DNA of 64,000 nt from Antedon mediterranea (taxonomy: Eukaryota; Animalia; Echinodermata), in the NCBI RefSeq assembly GCF_964355755.1, contig NC_092674.1:24676001-24740000 (forward strand), written 5' to 3'. A model generated the notes under the pieces. The model made no database searches. It was not told the DNA's origin and saw nothing but the letters and a program-made list of their open reading frames with translations. The position numbers and the translations under genes were made by a program. Of the stretch, positions 12,660 to 25,634 are shown one piece after another. Numbering within the stretch: the first letter of the stretch is position 1; each line of letters starts with the position of its first letter.

Positions 12660-12870
12660 CATACTAACAGCGAGCACAAACTCGCCAATTACAGGATGGA
12701 TAAACTATTTTATAATTTATCGTGCTCATATAAACTAAGTCTAATTTGAGGCTTAGACTAGAGTGGAGTTGAAAGAGTTGCGAGTTACACTACATAGGTA
12801 CTAGGTCAGGATTGAACCACGGACTTTGGGATTGGAAGGAAAGCGCATTAACCACCAAGCTACAGCTCCA
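12660..12870 (-). mobile_element. tRNA-derived SINE (second family)
   Basis: Minus-strand head ggagctgTAGCTTGGTGG..GGTTCAATCC has pol III A- and B-box-like motifs; a body fragment recurs near 62235. Confidence 0.55.
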
Positions 12871-14029
12871 TTACAATTAATTACATTATTAACTACGTTC
12901 AATGAAAATGTATGTGCCTTAATAATAATTTAGTGAACCAATCACAGATTAAAACCACTTTTACTTTTTTCTTATTAAATAATTTCCACTTTACTTGGTA
13001 TTTCAGCAATGAGTTGGAAACATTGATGTTTGTAATGAAGCAAGAAGCAAAACCTATCAACAAGTAGGGCTATGCAGCCTTGGCCTTTTAACATGTGTCA
13101 ATCTAAACACATCCATCTTTCACTTGAATCATACCAATGGATTTCAGTTAATCCTGCACTGTTGTAGTGTAGACAGATTAGTAAATTCATGTGTTTGACT
13201 TTGAGTTTTTTAGTATAAAGATTTGTTGACATTGGACTTGAAAAATAGTAGTAAACCAGTGGTAACTTTATATCCAAGGCCATGGGTACTTTTGACCAAT
13301 GTTTGCACTTGAATTATTCGTCCAGATGGTTAAACTCTAGTTAAAACCATGGTTTTCATAGAAAAGGTGTACTGTTTAGTTACAGATGAGATATTGATAA
13401 GTATATGGTACCATGGAGAAATAAGTTAGTTATTTCTCCATGATGGTACTGAGCACACAGTTGATAAAAAATTAACTGGTTTTTATCCCAGAGGGAACTG
13501 TAGCTAGATTGGAAATTTTTGGCTCAATTTAGGTACCGATTTGGAAAATCTGGAAAAAATTAAGTCCAGTGTGATTGAATCCTTAGAGGTACTGTATGTT
13601 TAGACCATGTTTATCCTAATCTTTTCCTTAATTTGAAATAGGTCAAATGCCATGTACAGTAAGATACAAAAACCACTGTGGGTCTAATACCCTAGTTGCA
13701 GCGTCATGTTGTCGACGCCAGGGAAAATAACATGCTCTATTGCTAGAGCCTGGCCATATCAGGTTTAAACGGGGTGGCGTGCGGCTAACCTTTCGCAGAG
13801 GGTTTCTAGCTCTCTTCTTGGAGAGAATAGTCTAATGTCGGTTTATCCAGGTAATCTAGGCACGAAATAGACACAAAAACCACTGTGGGTCTTATACCCT
13901 AAAGCTCAGATATCAAAATCAACATGAGACCTGATACTTGTACATAAAGAGAAATTGCTTTAATTCAGTTTTTGTGCCCAACAATACTAAAATTTAACAA
14001 CATAAAATAAATAAATATACTGTACTTAC

Positions 14030-14152
14030 GTTGTGCTATTAGATGATTAATAATGGTATCTTTTTTTGCAAGTTCAGCTTTTAAATCCGAGTCCAATATA
14101 TACTGTGATTCTAAGGCTGTTAATTTTGCATTCTGCAAACACTCCGCACTCA
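14030..14152 (-). CDS. AMOT: Angiomotin-like gene, coding exon 4
   Basis: [49 protein letters not shown], phases 1/1. Confidence 0.8.
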
Positions 14153-14902
14153 CTGTAAACAATATTAATATTATTTTAATTAAGAAATAAGAGCAACTTT
14201 TGCAAATTTCTTTGTAAGCAATTGAGATGCCTGTGTGATGTGGACAAATATGGTAGTGATATGGCAAAATATGGTAGTGATATTACATCATCATGTCCAT
14301 ATATGATGAGTACATCACATTTCACATAAAGTTTGAAAATGATAGTGTAGTCTTTAAAAAGGATGCCACAGTATAAAAGGCAAAAAAGTGGGTGACAAAT
14401 CAATCATTCATATCAAAATGTTAATTTTAAAAAAATACAAAACATGACATTATGAATTAATTACTAAACTCGTACAATGGATTGTAAAATATGCATTTTA
14501 TTTGTTTGGTCTGCTGTTCTTCGTTGTTTTGAAATAGGGACACTAGCGCATTTCCGCAATTAAGGTTCAGCCACTGATCAGTCTGACCTGACCTGACCTG
14601 ACTGAACCTAGTCTCAGTAGGTGTGACACTTCACCCCAAGCACCAAATCAGGTTGCTATATTTGGCATTTCTAGTACAGTAAACTGTTTGGTATTTTACC
14701 AATATACACTGCCAGTCAAATATCAATAATATATTGATTGTTTTAAAATATTGCATTCTGATGAATAGAAAATTCTATGCTGAACTATTGATGATACAGT
14801 CTAAACTGAAGTGAGGTTTCAAAATTTTTACAAATTTAATTTTAAAGTAGATTTTTCTGACAATATATTATTAGGCCATGGAGAAGATACAGTATATACC
14901 CG

Positions 14903-15563
14903 GCCGTACTGACGCGGGTATAAGCCCACCCCCCTTGAACATGAAATCACGTCAAGTTTGGGGGGTGGGCTTATACCCGAGGATCCAAAAATGCAGATCG
15001 TCAAAAACAGCACATGTACACTGTGTATTCCACCATGCGAGCGAGCGCCCTCACGTGTACGACGTTGCCTCTAAATACACGAGGTGTAGAGTGTCGGAAA
15101 ATTAAGCTTATGTTCGTGTAATTTATCGTAGAATATCTTATTTTAAATTGAACAAGAATTTATCAAGCAGAAAAGCAAGTATACAATGTTCGTTAAATAG
15201 AAATGTACCAAAGAAATTTAATAAGCTTGTTTATGGCAGCCGATACCAAATAGTGGTTTTCCGTTTTGGCGACTTGTAGCGTCGTGTGTGAAGCGATCTT
15301 CGACCGCGATGGAGTGTAAACAAAACAGGACCACTAGGCCTCATATGGCCTAGCGTATATTGGCCTAGCTTGGTTATGATCAAAGGTAGGTGTATTCGGT
15401 GTATGGACGTCGGCAAATACAAAATAATGTATTACGACACACACTGTAGATCTTCGAATTAATGGGTGGGCTTATACCAGAGTGCCTCATTTTTCATGAA
15501 AATTATTCAAAAGCCAGGGGTGGGCTTATACCCAAGTATGGGCTTATACCCGCGTCAGTACGG
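14903..15563. mobile_element. Tc1/mariner (Tc2/pogo-like) MITE adjoining (TA)n
   Basis: TIR ccgtactgacgcgggtataagccca / tgggcttatacccgcgtcagtacgg; subterminal gggcttatacc repeats; followed by a TA-rich microsatellite. Confidence 0.8.
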
Positions 15564-15678
15564 TATATATATGTATATATATATATATATATATATGTGT
15601 ATATATATATATATATGTGTATATATATATGTGTATATATATATGTGTATATATATTTCCTCTATGATTTAAACTTAC

Positions 15679-15823
15679 TTCGCAGTTCTTTATTCTCGTC
15701 TTGAAACCTTTTTAAATCTAATTCCAACTTCATCCTCATTTTAGTCTCTAAAAGTTCTCGTTTTTTGGTAGATTCGATTATTTTTTCATGATCTGCTTGC
15801 ACTTTATGTACATCCCTTTCAAA
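15679..15823 (-). CDS. AMOT: Angiomotin-like gene, coding exon 3
   Basis: FERDVHKVQADHEKIIESTKKRELLETKMRMKLELDLKRFQDENKELR matches the AMOT ..SSKREALEKAMRNKLE.E pattern. Confidence 0.9.
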
Positions 15824-17462
15824 CTGAAAAAAAATATATATAAAACCAAATTTAACGAAAAATAAGTTATGTGTTACAAACACACAGTACACTGAGTGTT
15901 ATAATTAACCTTTCTCAAACGTTGGTCAATACTGTAGATTGATATACGATTTCAGCCAATTTTTCAATTCTGTTTTTTTCAAACTCTCTTTTGATCATAG
16001 TTCATAGTTCTTGTGACTTCTGATGTGTGTGAATTGTGTTATTTTGTTTGGATTTCCCCCATCTGTAACCAGAGCATGATTGGTGAAATACAATCATGTG
16101 GTACATACTTCAAGATGTTGTGGATTGTTTGAACATGTAACATTCACCCCGACCAAATCACTCACTGTGTATATTAAGTATAGTACAAAAATCAAACAGT
16201 AATTTCTCAAAACTGACCAGCACGATTATGGCAAACTTTTGATATTGTTATTTATAAAATTATTATTCTAAATATGTAAATAAAAATTGTAGATCCATGA
16301 CATCGGAACAAGATGAAACATTAGAATGTACTGCGTATGGCCTATTTTGTAAATGCAAGTATATCTGCCAAACTTGCATTTCTAACCACTAGGAAAAAAC
16401 CTCAACACAACACACAATAAATTGTGGGGTGGGGGATGGAATCACAAGAATGTGTTATGTATACAGATAGGAGAGCATACATAAAATGTTACACATACTA
16501 ACTGTACTTTATATATACACAAATCACTAGTGAAATTCCTATGCCTATAGAATGTACAGTGGCTGTCTACAATGTGTCATGCATTCTTACACCATTGCCA
16601 TACAGTTGACAGATAGAATGTAATCAGCTATGGCAGTAATGCCTGTAGTCACTAATAACTACCTTGCCTTGTGTTGGCCTAGCAGAATGTCAAGGATTTT
16701 TGTCATTAAATTCAACAATTAGAAATATTTGATTTCTCTGAACAATTCTGAATAAAGTACAGGACGTATTTCTTTTGTTTAAGAATAAACTTTCCTTCAA
16801 GTTGAAATCACCAAAAAAAAAAAAAGCAACAAAAAGGAGAAATTTAAAGCCTGTAAATGGAATAAATATTATATTATTACCGAAGAGAAAACACATTTTG
16901 CTCCAGTACAGTATTATTACTGTATTATAATACAATAATTCTTACAGTACTTTGTATGTTTAAGTTCAAATAATAAAATAATGCCATAGACTACTTACTG
17001 GAAACAAAATGTATATATACTGTATATATAATACTATACAGTACTGTATTTTTAAATTAAGACTTTTCTTTATTATAGATGTCTATTACTATTAGTAATC
17101 TGTATGCACGATACCTATAATGTGGCAACATTTCGTGGTCAACAACAATTTGGTTAATTTACTAAATAAATTAAATTTTAATGATCACCAGTTGAAATTC
17201 CAATCTAAACCATGTAGCAAATAGTTTCGCTCTTTGTGAAGAGAGAATAAAAAGACTTGGTGTTTACCTAGAGCTCTACATATTACATGGATGAACAATT
17301 ATTAGACATTTCCATTTTATTCACGATTGTATTCAAAATTTTATTGTGTGTTCGTTAGTAATTTGTTAATACTAGGTCGTGTGTACAGTAGAATCTATTT
17401 TTATCCATTTAGAATTTTTTTTAATGTAGTACTGTACAAACTTTGAAAACATTTTTTATCCT

Positions 17463-17987
17463 CAGGGGCGGATTGCTATAAGTGGTCTATAACCGGTCTT
17501 AGCGCTTAGCCGGCTATAATTCGTGACGTAGCAAGTAGTCTTTATTTATAGACCATTGCTATACCGCGGTCTGACCTGTAAACGGTCTTTAAAATTAAAG
17601 CCTACTCAAAGGAGTCTTAAACCTCTCTTTTTGTTGCTTTTACGTATTATTTATCGTCAAAGACAACCAATAGAACGAGTTTTAAGTGTTAAATCAAATA
17701 ATAATGGTGATTTTATTCTTATATAGCCCTAGAATAGATTTTCTGGCGTAGAAATGTACGTACTGTTATGATTGTGAATTGAACAAGCGTGACGAACATT
17801 ACCTTATTTGGTATTCTACGCGCAAAGTACGCCCTCAATTTGTTACTTTACGCGGTCTTATCCAAGACTGTTTTATAGCAATGGTCTATCAGGAGTGGCT
17901 TTAATAAGACCGTCTATCTGATAAAGCCGGCTTTAATCGGGGAGTTAAGACCATCAGTTAAGACTGTTTTATAGCAATCCACCCCTG
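17463..17987. mobile_element. Non-autonomous TIR element (Harbinger-like termini)
   Basis: caggggcggattgctataa ... ttatagcaatccacccctg; internal repeats of aagactgttttatagcaat. Confidence 0.7.
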
Positions 17988-20517
17988 TACTGTAGTAAGT
18001 TCTAAATCTACAACTTTATTGTAAAAGGGACATTTTGACAAAGTAATTTAAAACTGAGCACACCCATTTTATTTTAATTTACTGCTGTAGTTTCCCAAAC
18101 CACAATAATTACTGTACACCAACATATTTGTTATTTCACTTCTTATAATATTAACATTCCAGGACAATTTAAATAACAATAGAAAAATAGTAAACATATT
18201 ACTGTAGTATTACCAAACTATGGTACTAAAAAGATTTGCTAAACAATAAACCTAGTGCAACTTGCATTGCAAACAAATGTTTAACATGGTAGTGGTTGTA
18301 ATTAAAAACCTTGAAGTTACCCTATGGGACAAGTGGAATGTCTTCATTACCAAACCACCTCTAGGTTTTCACTAGCTGAGCTAGGCTATACCATTTAATA
18401 AAATAGGGATGTGTAGATTTGACCTTTTATTTGCTTTTGGGGACATTGGTATGCCATTCACTGGTATGAATATATAGCTATATTGTAAACATGTTATGCA
18501 ATATACACTTTCTATGCATTGTGCTCTATACAGGTCTTGCTATTAAATATTGTACACAGTAGGCCTACTCAATTATGAACACATACAATATCAAAGATTT
18601 TATGTTAAATGTAAATATACTGTACTACTGTACATTCTTGTTAATGTGAAATGATGCCAAAAACTTCCAACTGGATTTTTAACAGATTAGATACTCCTAC
18701 TGACACTGTACTGTATCTCTCATTTACAGTAATTTCAATGAAGTAGGTACTGTAACGTACAAGCTCTCCTATCTCTCCGAAATACTGTGGTAAATTACAC
18801 AGTACATATTCTGCTAATAACTAATATAAATTTTAATAATAATACGTCGATGCTTAACGCACAAAGCAATGCTGGTGGTAATGTTTTTTGATGTGTCTGG
18901 AAACATATTCCCATAATGTTGCAGCTAGTAATCAGCGCAGTTGTGATTTGACCTACACCAGGTACTCATTTGTACACCTGGGTGGAGAGAGGAAAACGAC
19001 TATACAGGCTATACAGTAATTACAAATCTATAGAACATGGAATTAGTGCCCATGATTGAAGCAATGGATTCTTTAATGGAAAACACTGCGATGTGATATC
19101 ATAAACAATATTTTGTCAAATTACTGTGCTACCCTACAATTAAAATGGACTAGGCTAGTTTGGAATTCATTTAACTTGGATAAAAGCCAAAGTATTTCTT
19201 CAAGAAGGGATCAAAACTATACCACCACTAGTGAAAATCCAATAAAACTTTCCTAATCTTTATTTTATTTCACATCTTTATATATTTAAAAATATTGCCT
19301 ATTTTGTAAGATTAAATGATGAATTTTCTCATCAAAATTATTGGTTGTAACTTTCGTTTACTGTCTGTAGCTGTACAGTTTAGAATCTCATGTTTTGATC
19401 CTTTTTAAAATTGAAATTAAAAGAAATTTCAATAGTTTGTGTCAAATTAAACTTTGACATGCATTCATTTTTTTTATTAATATAAAAGCCAATGAATAAT
19501 TCATACAGCCAAAATGCATAATGATTTACTATCTGTATGCTAATTTGTTTTAAACTTTATAACAATATGTATAAACTATATGTGGTAATAAAATTGGTAA
19601 ATGTGGTCAGGAATGGTGAGGTAAAATGTATCAACAAAGTTCAAAAGTTAACTTTTATAGTTATGAAGTCAGGTACATGGTCACCAGAGAGTGCAAGCAT
19701 ACAATAATTTAAAAATTGTCAGTAGAATTGATCACATATGATGTTAGGGTAAATATTTAAACATTTTTGCCATAAAAATTATCAAACATAAAAATTATTA
19801 CAGTTTCTAAAATTATGAAAAGAAAAATTCCAGCAAGCCTACAGTAGGTCTTACATTTGGGTCAAAGACATAATTCTAAAAATCCCCATGGAGACCATAA
19901 AATGAATTGGTCCCTGCAGATGAAAACAGTGAGAATTACATCAGATCCAAAGGTCATATAGGTATAATCCACTTCCATAGAAATTGTGGGAATATTTCTA
20001 AATACAGTACAATAAAGAGAGGTTTTTAAACTGTTATAAACATTTTTTTTGGTAAAAATAAAATTAAAAACACTAAATTACAAAATTGGTGCCATGAGCA
20101 AAATGCACAAAGTAAAAATAAACGGTAAACAGGTGCCAGCAGTTCATTAGTAAAATGGGTAGCTCAAACAAAGAAAAGAAAAAGATTCTAAGATTGTTCT
20201 TTTATTAACAGTATGCAAATGATTGCCTAGTTTATAAACATAGGGTGCATGCCCCCACCACCTAAATTTATAATGGTATTTTACCAACAGGAGAAAAAAA
20301 ATAATAAATTATAACAAAATGTAAAAAAAAAAAATAGAAGTTCTTTATGTTTTAAAAAGTTTCAGTTCATTTTACTCCTTCTCCCACTTATTTTGACTTA
20401 ATTAGTAAAAAGATACATATTTTGGCACATATGGCGTTTCATACTATACTTGATCTCGTGTAAAAATCTAACTGGACGACTCGCATTTGGGTCAAGTTGG
20501 TTTATACTGTACTGTAC

Positions 20518-20677
20518 CTTTTGTAACTTGCTGACTTTTTGGTAATATCCCTCTAATTCTTGCCGTAATGCTGTGTTCTCTTCTGATAATATTTCAACCA
20601 TTTTAGTAGCTCGTCCAGCGATTGCTTCATGATCGACTTCAAAGTTTGAATTTTGTTTTGTGTGTGGTGATGTTGTC
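20518..20677 (-). CDS. AMOT: Angiomotin-like gene, coding exon 2 (start of coiled coil)
   Basis: RATKMVEILSEENTALRQELEGYYQKVSKLQK closely resembles AMOT [32 protein letters not shown]. Confidence 0.93.
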
Positions 20678-21577
20678 CTAAAAAAAAATTAGAAACTTAG
20701 TATTAAATTGTCAGTTATAACTTTTATGATTTTCTAAGAAGAAAATTTAATGAAATACAACAAGTATAAAGGTACTGTATTTAAAATTATGTGCTGAGAA
20801 GATTTTTGTTTCTCTCCATTTCTTTCCCACATAATGGAATAAATAATATTCTAAAATAGTAGGCCTACTACGGGTCATTCCATCTCAGTTCACCCAAAAA
20901 AAATGGAATTTTAAACCCTACCTCTTCCAATTTTGATGAAATTTGGTATATGGGTGATTCATAGCAATTAAAGCCAAAATTTCAAATTTTAACTTTATCG
21001 GACCAACGGTTTTCGAGATATCGCAATTTCAATTTTCGGTTTTTACGCAAAAAAGGGAGCGGCCGCCACGTTTCAAAGAGCTGTATCTCGGGAACTATAG
21101 GTTCGATTTTAAAAACAAAGGTATTTTTGTAAAGGGGAGACCATAAGGAACCTAAATATACTAATTGTGTGTGTTTTATGTTAATTTTAAGTTGAATAAA
21201 ACTTTGACATATATTTTGACCTTGAAATTGACCCCGTGGAACACGCCCGATTTGTTGGTGACTATCACGAAAAATGTAGCCCTACTTGTCAACTACAACA
21301 TATAACAAAATTGGAGGGGTTTTTTTGTTTGTTTCCATGAAATTACAATTTGAAGTTGACATACCTCTTCCTTTTAGTGTATTTTTGGTGTTGTTATATA
21401 CTTATACACAGTGTGAACACTAACTGTTAAGGTGTCTTATTGTTACGCTTTCTCATCAGGCCCACTTAAACAGTAGATATACTTTGATATGAGAAATACT
21501 GGGTAACTCACATACTTTTCAAATCAATTTTGACACATAGTTTAGTGTCCTTACTATGTTATTATGCATATTAATGC

Positions 21578-22117
21578 ATAATAAGTGATTGCAGAGAACA
21601 TACATCAGTTACTGATGCCTTTTTAAAGGTTGTCATCCCCTATTTAAAATCAAAACTACCAACCATGAAAAAAGTTCATTATTTCACAGATGGATGTGGC
21701 GGCCAATACAAAAACAAATATAACTTTATTAACCTTTGCCACCACCAGGAAGATTTTTGTTTAGACGCCGAGGGGAATTTTTTCGCTACATCACATGGCA
21801 AGAGTGCATGTGATGGCATAGGTGGAACAGTTAAGAGGCTTGTCACTAAGAGAAGCTTACAGCGTTTGACTGAATGTCATATTCTCACATCTCTCAGTAT
21901 GTTCGACTACTGTGTAATTTTTTATTTTTATTTATGTCTTTAGGCAATGTGGCCAAGGATTACCAATAGTGAATTAATCACTGTCCTATCAGATAGGTGG
22001 TAATCCCCCTGATACAGGGGCTATTGTGTGAACCAGTTCACCGGGATAACCCCCTACTCTTTTTCGAATAATGAACTGGGTTCTTTAAAGTACACACAGG
22101 TTATAACTGTGTACACT

Positions 22118-22151
<34 letters not shown>

Positions 22152-22767
22152 TTGTTCCACCACCAGAACTAGGAGCGAGTCGGCCTCGAACCCTTGCCGA
22201 TGTTGTTGTTGGCTCTTTAGGTACGGTAAACGACGCCCCTGCCTTAACCGCTCGGCCATATGACTCGCTCATATGGACATTCCAGGCATCAACTTTTTTC
22301 ATGTGGGAATAGATGAGGTATCTACTGTGGAAAAAGAAATAAAGCCGAGATTCAACCTCGCCCAGACCATCAAGGGTACATTACAATATCATCGCTTTGT
22401 TCACGTTTATCTGGCACAGATGCAGGTCTACAAACTTAGTACCCAGATAAACCCTCCGGATGTGGTAGTGATTCAAGAATCTTTCAGTGATGAAAATGAA
22501 ATTGTTGCTGATACACAACCCACCATTATTAGACTTCAGAATTTGTGTGCTGTAGTTATGATGGTGTCCCATTTGGTTGTGGATGTCTCAGAAGAGTTTG
22601 GGGATTATCAAATTAAATTTATGCATCCTCATGGGCCAGCGAAAATCTTTTATTGGCCGTCCAAAGAAGACTGTTGTTGGATTCCTGAATCAAATGTACA
22701 TTGTATTATAGCCTCTCCGTTTATAAAATCCTCTTCGACTAGGAATTACAGTAATTTCCCAAAATGA
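21578..22767 (+). pseudogene. C-terminal DDD transposase fragment interrupted by a SINE
   Basis: IISDCREH..VHYFTDGCGGQYKN..FFATSHGKSACDGIGGTVKR, continuing after the SINE as IKGTLQYHRF..FMHPHGP..FYWP; N-terminus absent. Confidence 0.8.
21918..22270 (-). mobile_element. tRNA-derived SINE (main family; core resembles the Deu/Nin domain)
   Basis: Head TGGCCGAGCGGTTAAGGC (A box) and GGTTCGAGGCC (B box), core gtcttctc(a/g)gataaggactataaaccgtaggtcc, A-rich tail. Other copies at ~23655-23930, 42790-42895, 48020-48220, 50892-51250, 53312-53673, 61325-61740 and 61888-62050. Confidence 0.85.
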
Positions 22768-24180
22768 ACGCCACAACATTTCTAAATACTGTTTGAATTG
22801 GCCAGATGACAAGGAGTAAAGGCCAGACATAGACAATTGTAACATTATAATAATATTTAGTTTGTAAATAAAATTATTTTTGGAATACATCAAATTGACA
22901 TTGAAGTAATGCATGGACAGACACCAAAATACACTAAAATAACATAGTAAGGACACTAAACTATGTGTCAAAATTGATTTGAAAAGTATGTGAGTTACCC
23001 AGTATTTCTCATATCAAAATATATCTACTGTAGTGTTTAAGTGGGCCTGATGAGAAAGCGTAACAATAAGACACCTTAACAGTTAGTGTTCACACTGTGT
23101 ATAAGTATATAACAACACCAAAAAATACACTAAAAGGAAGAGGTATGTCAACTTCAAATTGTAATTTCATGGAAACAAAGAAAAAAACCCCTCCAATTTT
23201 TTTATATGTTGTAGTTGACACGTAGGGCTACATTTTTCGTGATAGTCACCAACAAATCGGGCGTGTTCCACGGTGTCAATTTCAAGGTCAAAATATATTT
23301 CAAAGTTTTATTAAACTTAAAATTAACATAAAACACACACAATTAGTATATTTAGATTCCTTATGGTCTCCCCTTTACAAAAATACCTTTGCTTTTAAAA
23401 TTGAACCTATAGTTCCCGAGATACAGCTCTTTGAAACGTGGCGGACGCGCCCTTTTTTGCGTAAAAACCGAAAATTGAAATTGCGATATCTCGAAAACCG
23501 TTGGTCCGATAAAGTTAAAATTTGAAATTTTGACTTTAATTGCTATGAATCACCCATATACCAAATTTCATCAAAATTGGAAGAGGTAGGGTTTAACTCA
23601 TTGGGTGATCTGAGATGGAATGACCCCTACTATAGTTGATTGAAATACAGTATTTATACTGGGTAACCTCTTCAGTCAAAGACTGCTCTCCCAGAGGGCC
23701 AAGTTGGTGATCAGTGGCTGTGATGTACTAATACACCGGGGTAACCCCCTACTCGTCTCGAAAGATCTAGGTGCATACGAGCTAGATGTGTACACTGGAC
23801 CTACGGTTTATAGTCCTTATCCGAGAAGACTCGTTCCATCACCAGAACCATGGAGTGAGTGAGCTTCGAACCCCAGCCTATGTTATGGCTACGTAATTAC
23901 GGTTCCACTGTCTTAACTGCTCGGCCAGTATTTTTTTTATTCTAATCTTTTTTTCTAAAGTACTCTGTACAATTACAGTAAACATTTCTAAAAAATGTAA
24001 ATTGTAAAGTTACCAAATAAATACAGTACAGTGGATTTATAGGACAAAATCATAGAAAGGGATTTATAGCAATTTCTGATCATTTTAATCTCTGTCTACA
24101 CTATCAAATTAGTTTAACAAAAAAAAGTGTGATGTGCCAAATATGGTGGTGATGCATCATTTGATTATCATGTCCATATA

Positions 24181-24478
24181 CAGTAGCTAACCCTTATTTT
24201 ACGTACGGTACGGGACCGGAAGGGGTACGTAAAACATGGGATTCGTAAAATCCAGGTTGACCATAAATTGACCCCAAATATGTAGAGATCATAGCTATAA
24301 AGGCTACCGTGTTTGCCTACTTTACTGTACACAGCATGCAGGTGGTCACTAGCTAGGCCTGGCCAGGCTAGCAGGCCTAGCAAGATGTGAGGCCTAACTA
24401 GAAAAGTACAGTATATACAGCCTGTGCGATTAAATAAAATATCAATGTTCTTGTATTTGTAAAACACAGGTTCTACTG
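24181..24478. mobile_element. TA-flanked CAGTAG..CTACTG MITE nested in the 165-bp MITE
   Basis: Imperfect TIRs with TA TSD; host MITE halves lie at 24087-24180 and 24486-24525. Confidence 0.6.
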
Positions 24479-25258
24479 TACTGTACATGGGCACATCACA
24501 TTTTTTGTCACATAAAGTTTGAGATCTTTAAAGACTGCATTACAGTAGACGGATCAAAACTCTATCCAATCCTCTCATCAATCGTGTTTTAAAAAAAGAC
24601 TTCTTTACAAAAGTAACAATTAACTTAGAATTCCTCTTACGATTAAATAATCATATCCAATTATTGTATAAGCCTTTCTGGATTATTAACAACTTTCCTG
24701 GAAGAACTTGATTATTTTTGGAGAACAGAATAATTCACATCCAATCAGGAATGAAAGTGGATCAGTTGAACTTGACCAAACCAAGGCCAACTGATTTTGT
24801 ACCACCAGACAGGCTTTTTAACTTATATTGACTGTGTGAATAAATTATTATATATTTCTTGGCAACATAATGGGAAATACTACTATTTCTAATAAGAAAA
24901 AATACATTTTAAAACCAACCCTAGACATTTTTTTTATCTAAAAAAGTTGTTTTGTTGTTGTTTTACCTTTTCTTTTTTTAATTTAAGATAAAAAATTACC
25001 TACCTACAGTACCTACAGTGAGTACCCCATATTTTTTAACCTATTACGCCAACATAAACTCTTTTTGGCCTAATAGTATACAGTAATCATAATGGCTTGC
25101 CTCACTTTTTATAAGAGGTTCACAGAAATGGGACAAACTTCCAATAAACCAATAAAAACACTCAACTGATTTGGTGTTGGAATGCCATTATTAACAAATC
25201 AGTTATCCCTGTTGCAACTTTTTACTGTTCGGTTGAGATTGTTTCAACTACTTTAAAT

Positions 25259-25634
25259 AAGCCTATTTTCCACTAGGCGAATTTGTTCGCACGAATCGAA
25301 AGCGTCATGCTCTGCACATGCGTATTCGAGTTTCTGTCTGTCATACTCCCTTCTGCGACGAATTCTAGTTCCTTTATTTTTCGCTGCAGCGACATTTACT
25401 AGTTCGAATTGTTTCTACTTTTTGCGAAGCGAAATATTGCACAACCAATCAGAGCTCAGGAAATGAGCTATGACGCTTTCATGAGCACTCATGCGAATCA
25501 AAATGCTCAGCAACCACGCGAGGAACATGAACGTCGCAGCTATTCGCTCATGTAGTGGAAAGAGAGTATGCGATTTTTTTCTCTTCGAAACGTCGGATTT
25601 GCGCGAACAAATTCGCCTAGTGGAAAATAGGCTT
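25259..25634. mobile_element. Harbinger-like MITE with ~38-bp TIR
   Basis: aagcctattttccactaggcgaatttgttcgc / gcgaacaaattcgcctagtggaaaataggctt. Confidence 0.8.

Larger units (their letters stand above)
20872..23626 (+). mobile_element. Internally deleted Sola2-type DNA transposon with ~690-bp TIRs and 4-bp CTAC TSD
   Basis: CTAC|GGGTCATTCCATCTCAG ... CTGAGATGGAATGACCC|CTAC; TIRs ~20872-21563 and ~22938-23626. GRG termini with a 4-bp TSD fit Sola2. Confidence 0.8.

Noticed and set aside
14755-14775. CTGATGA-ata-GAAA hammerhead-like core (similar cases at ~5350 and ~23046)
   Set aside because: No stem II can form; expected by chance in AT-rich DNA.
15462-15704. ORFs rich in Tyr/Ile
   Set aside because: Translations of a (TA)n/(TG) microsatellite.
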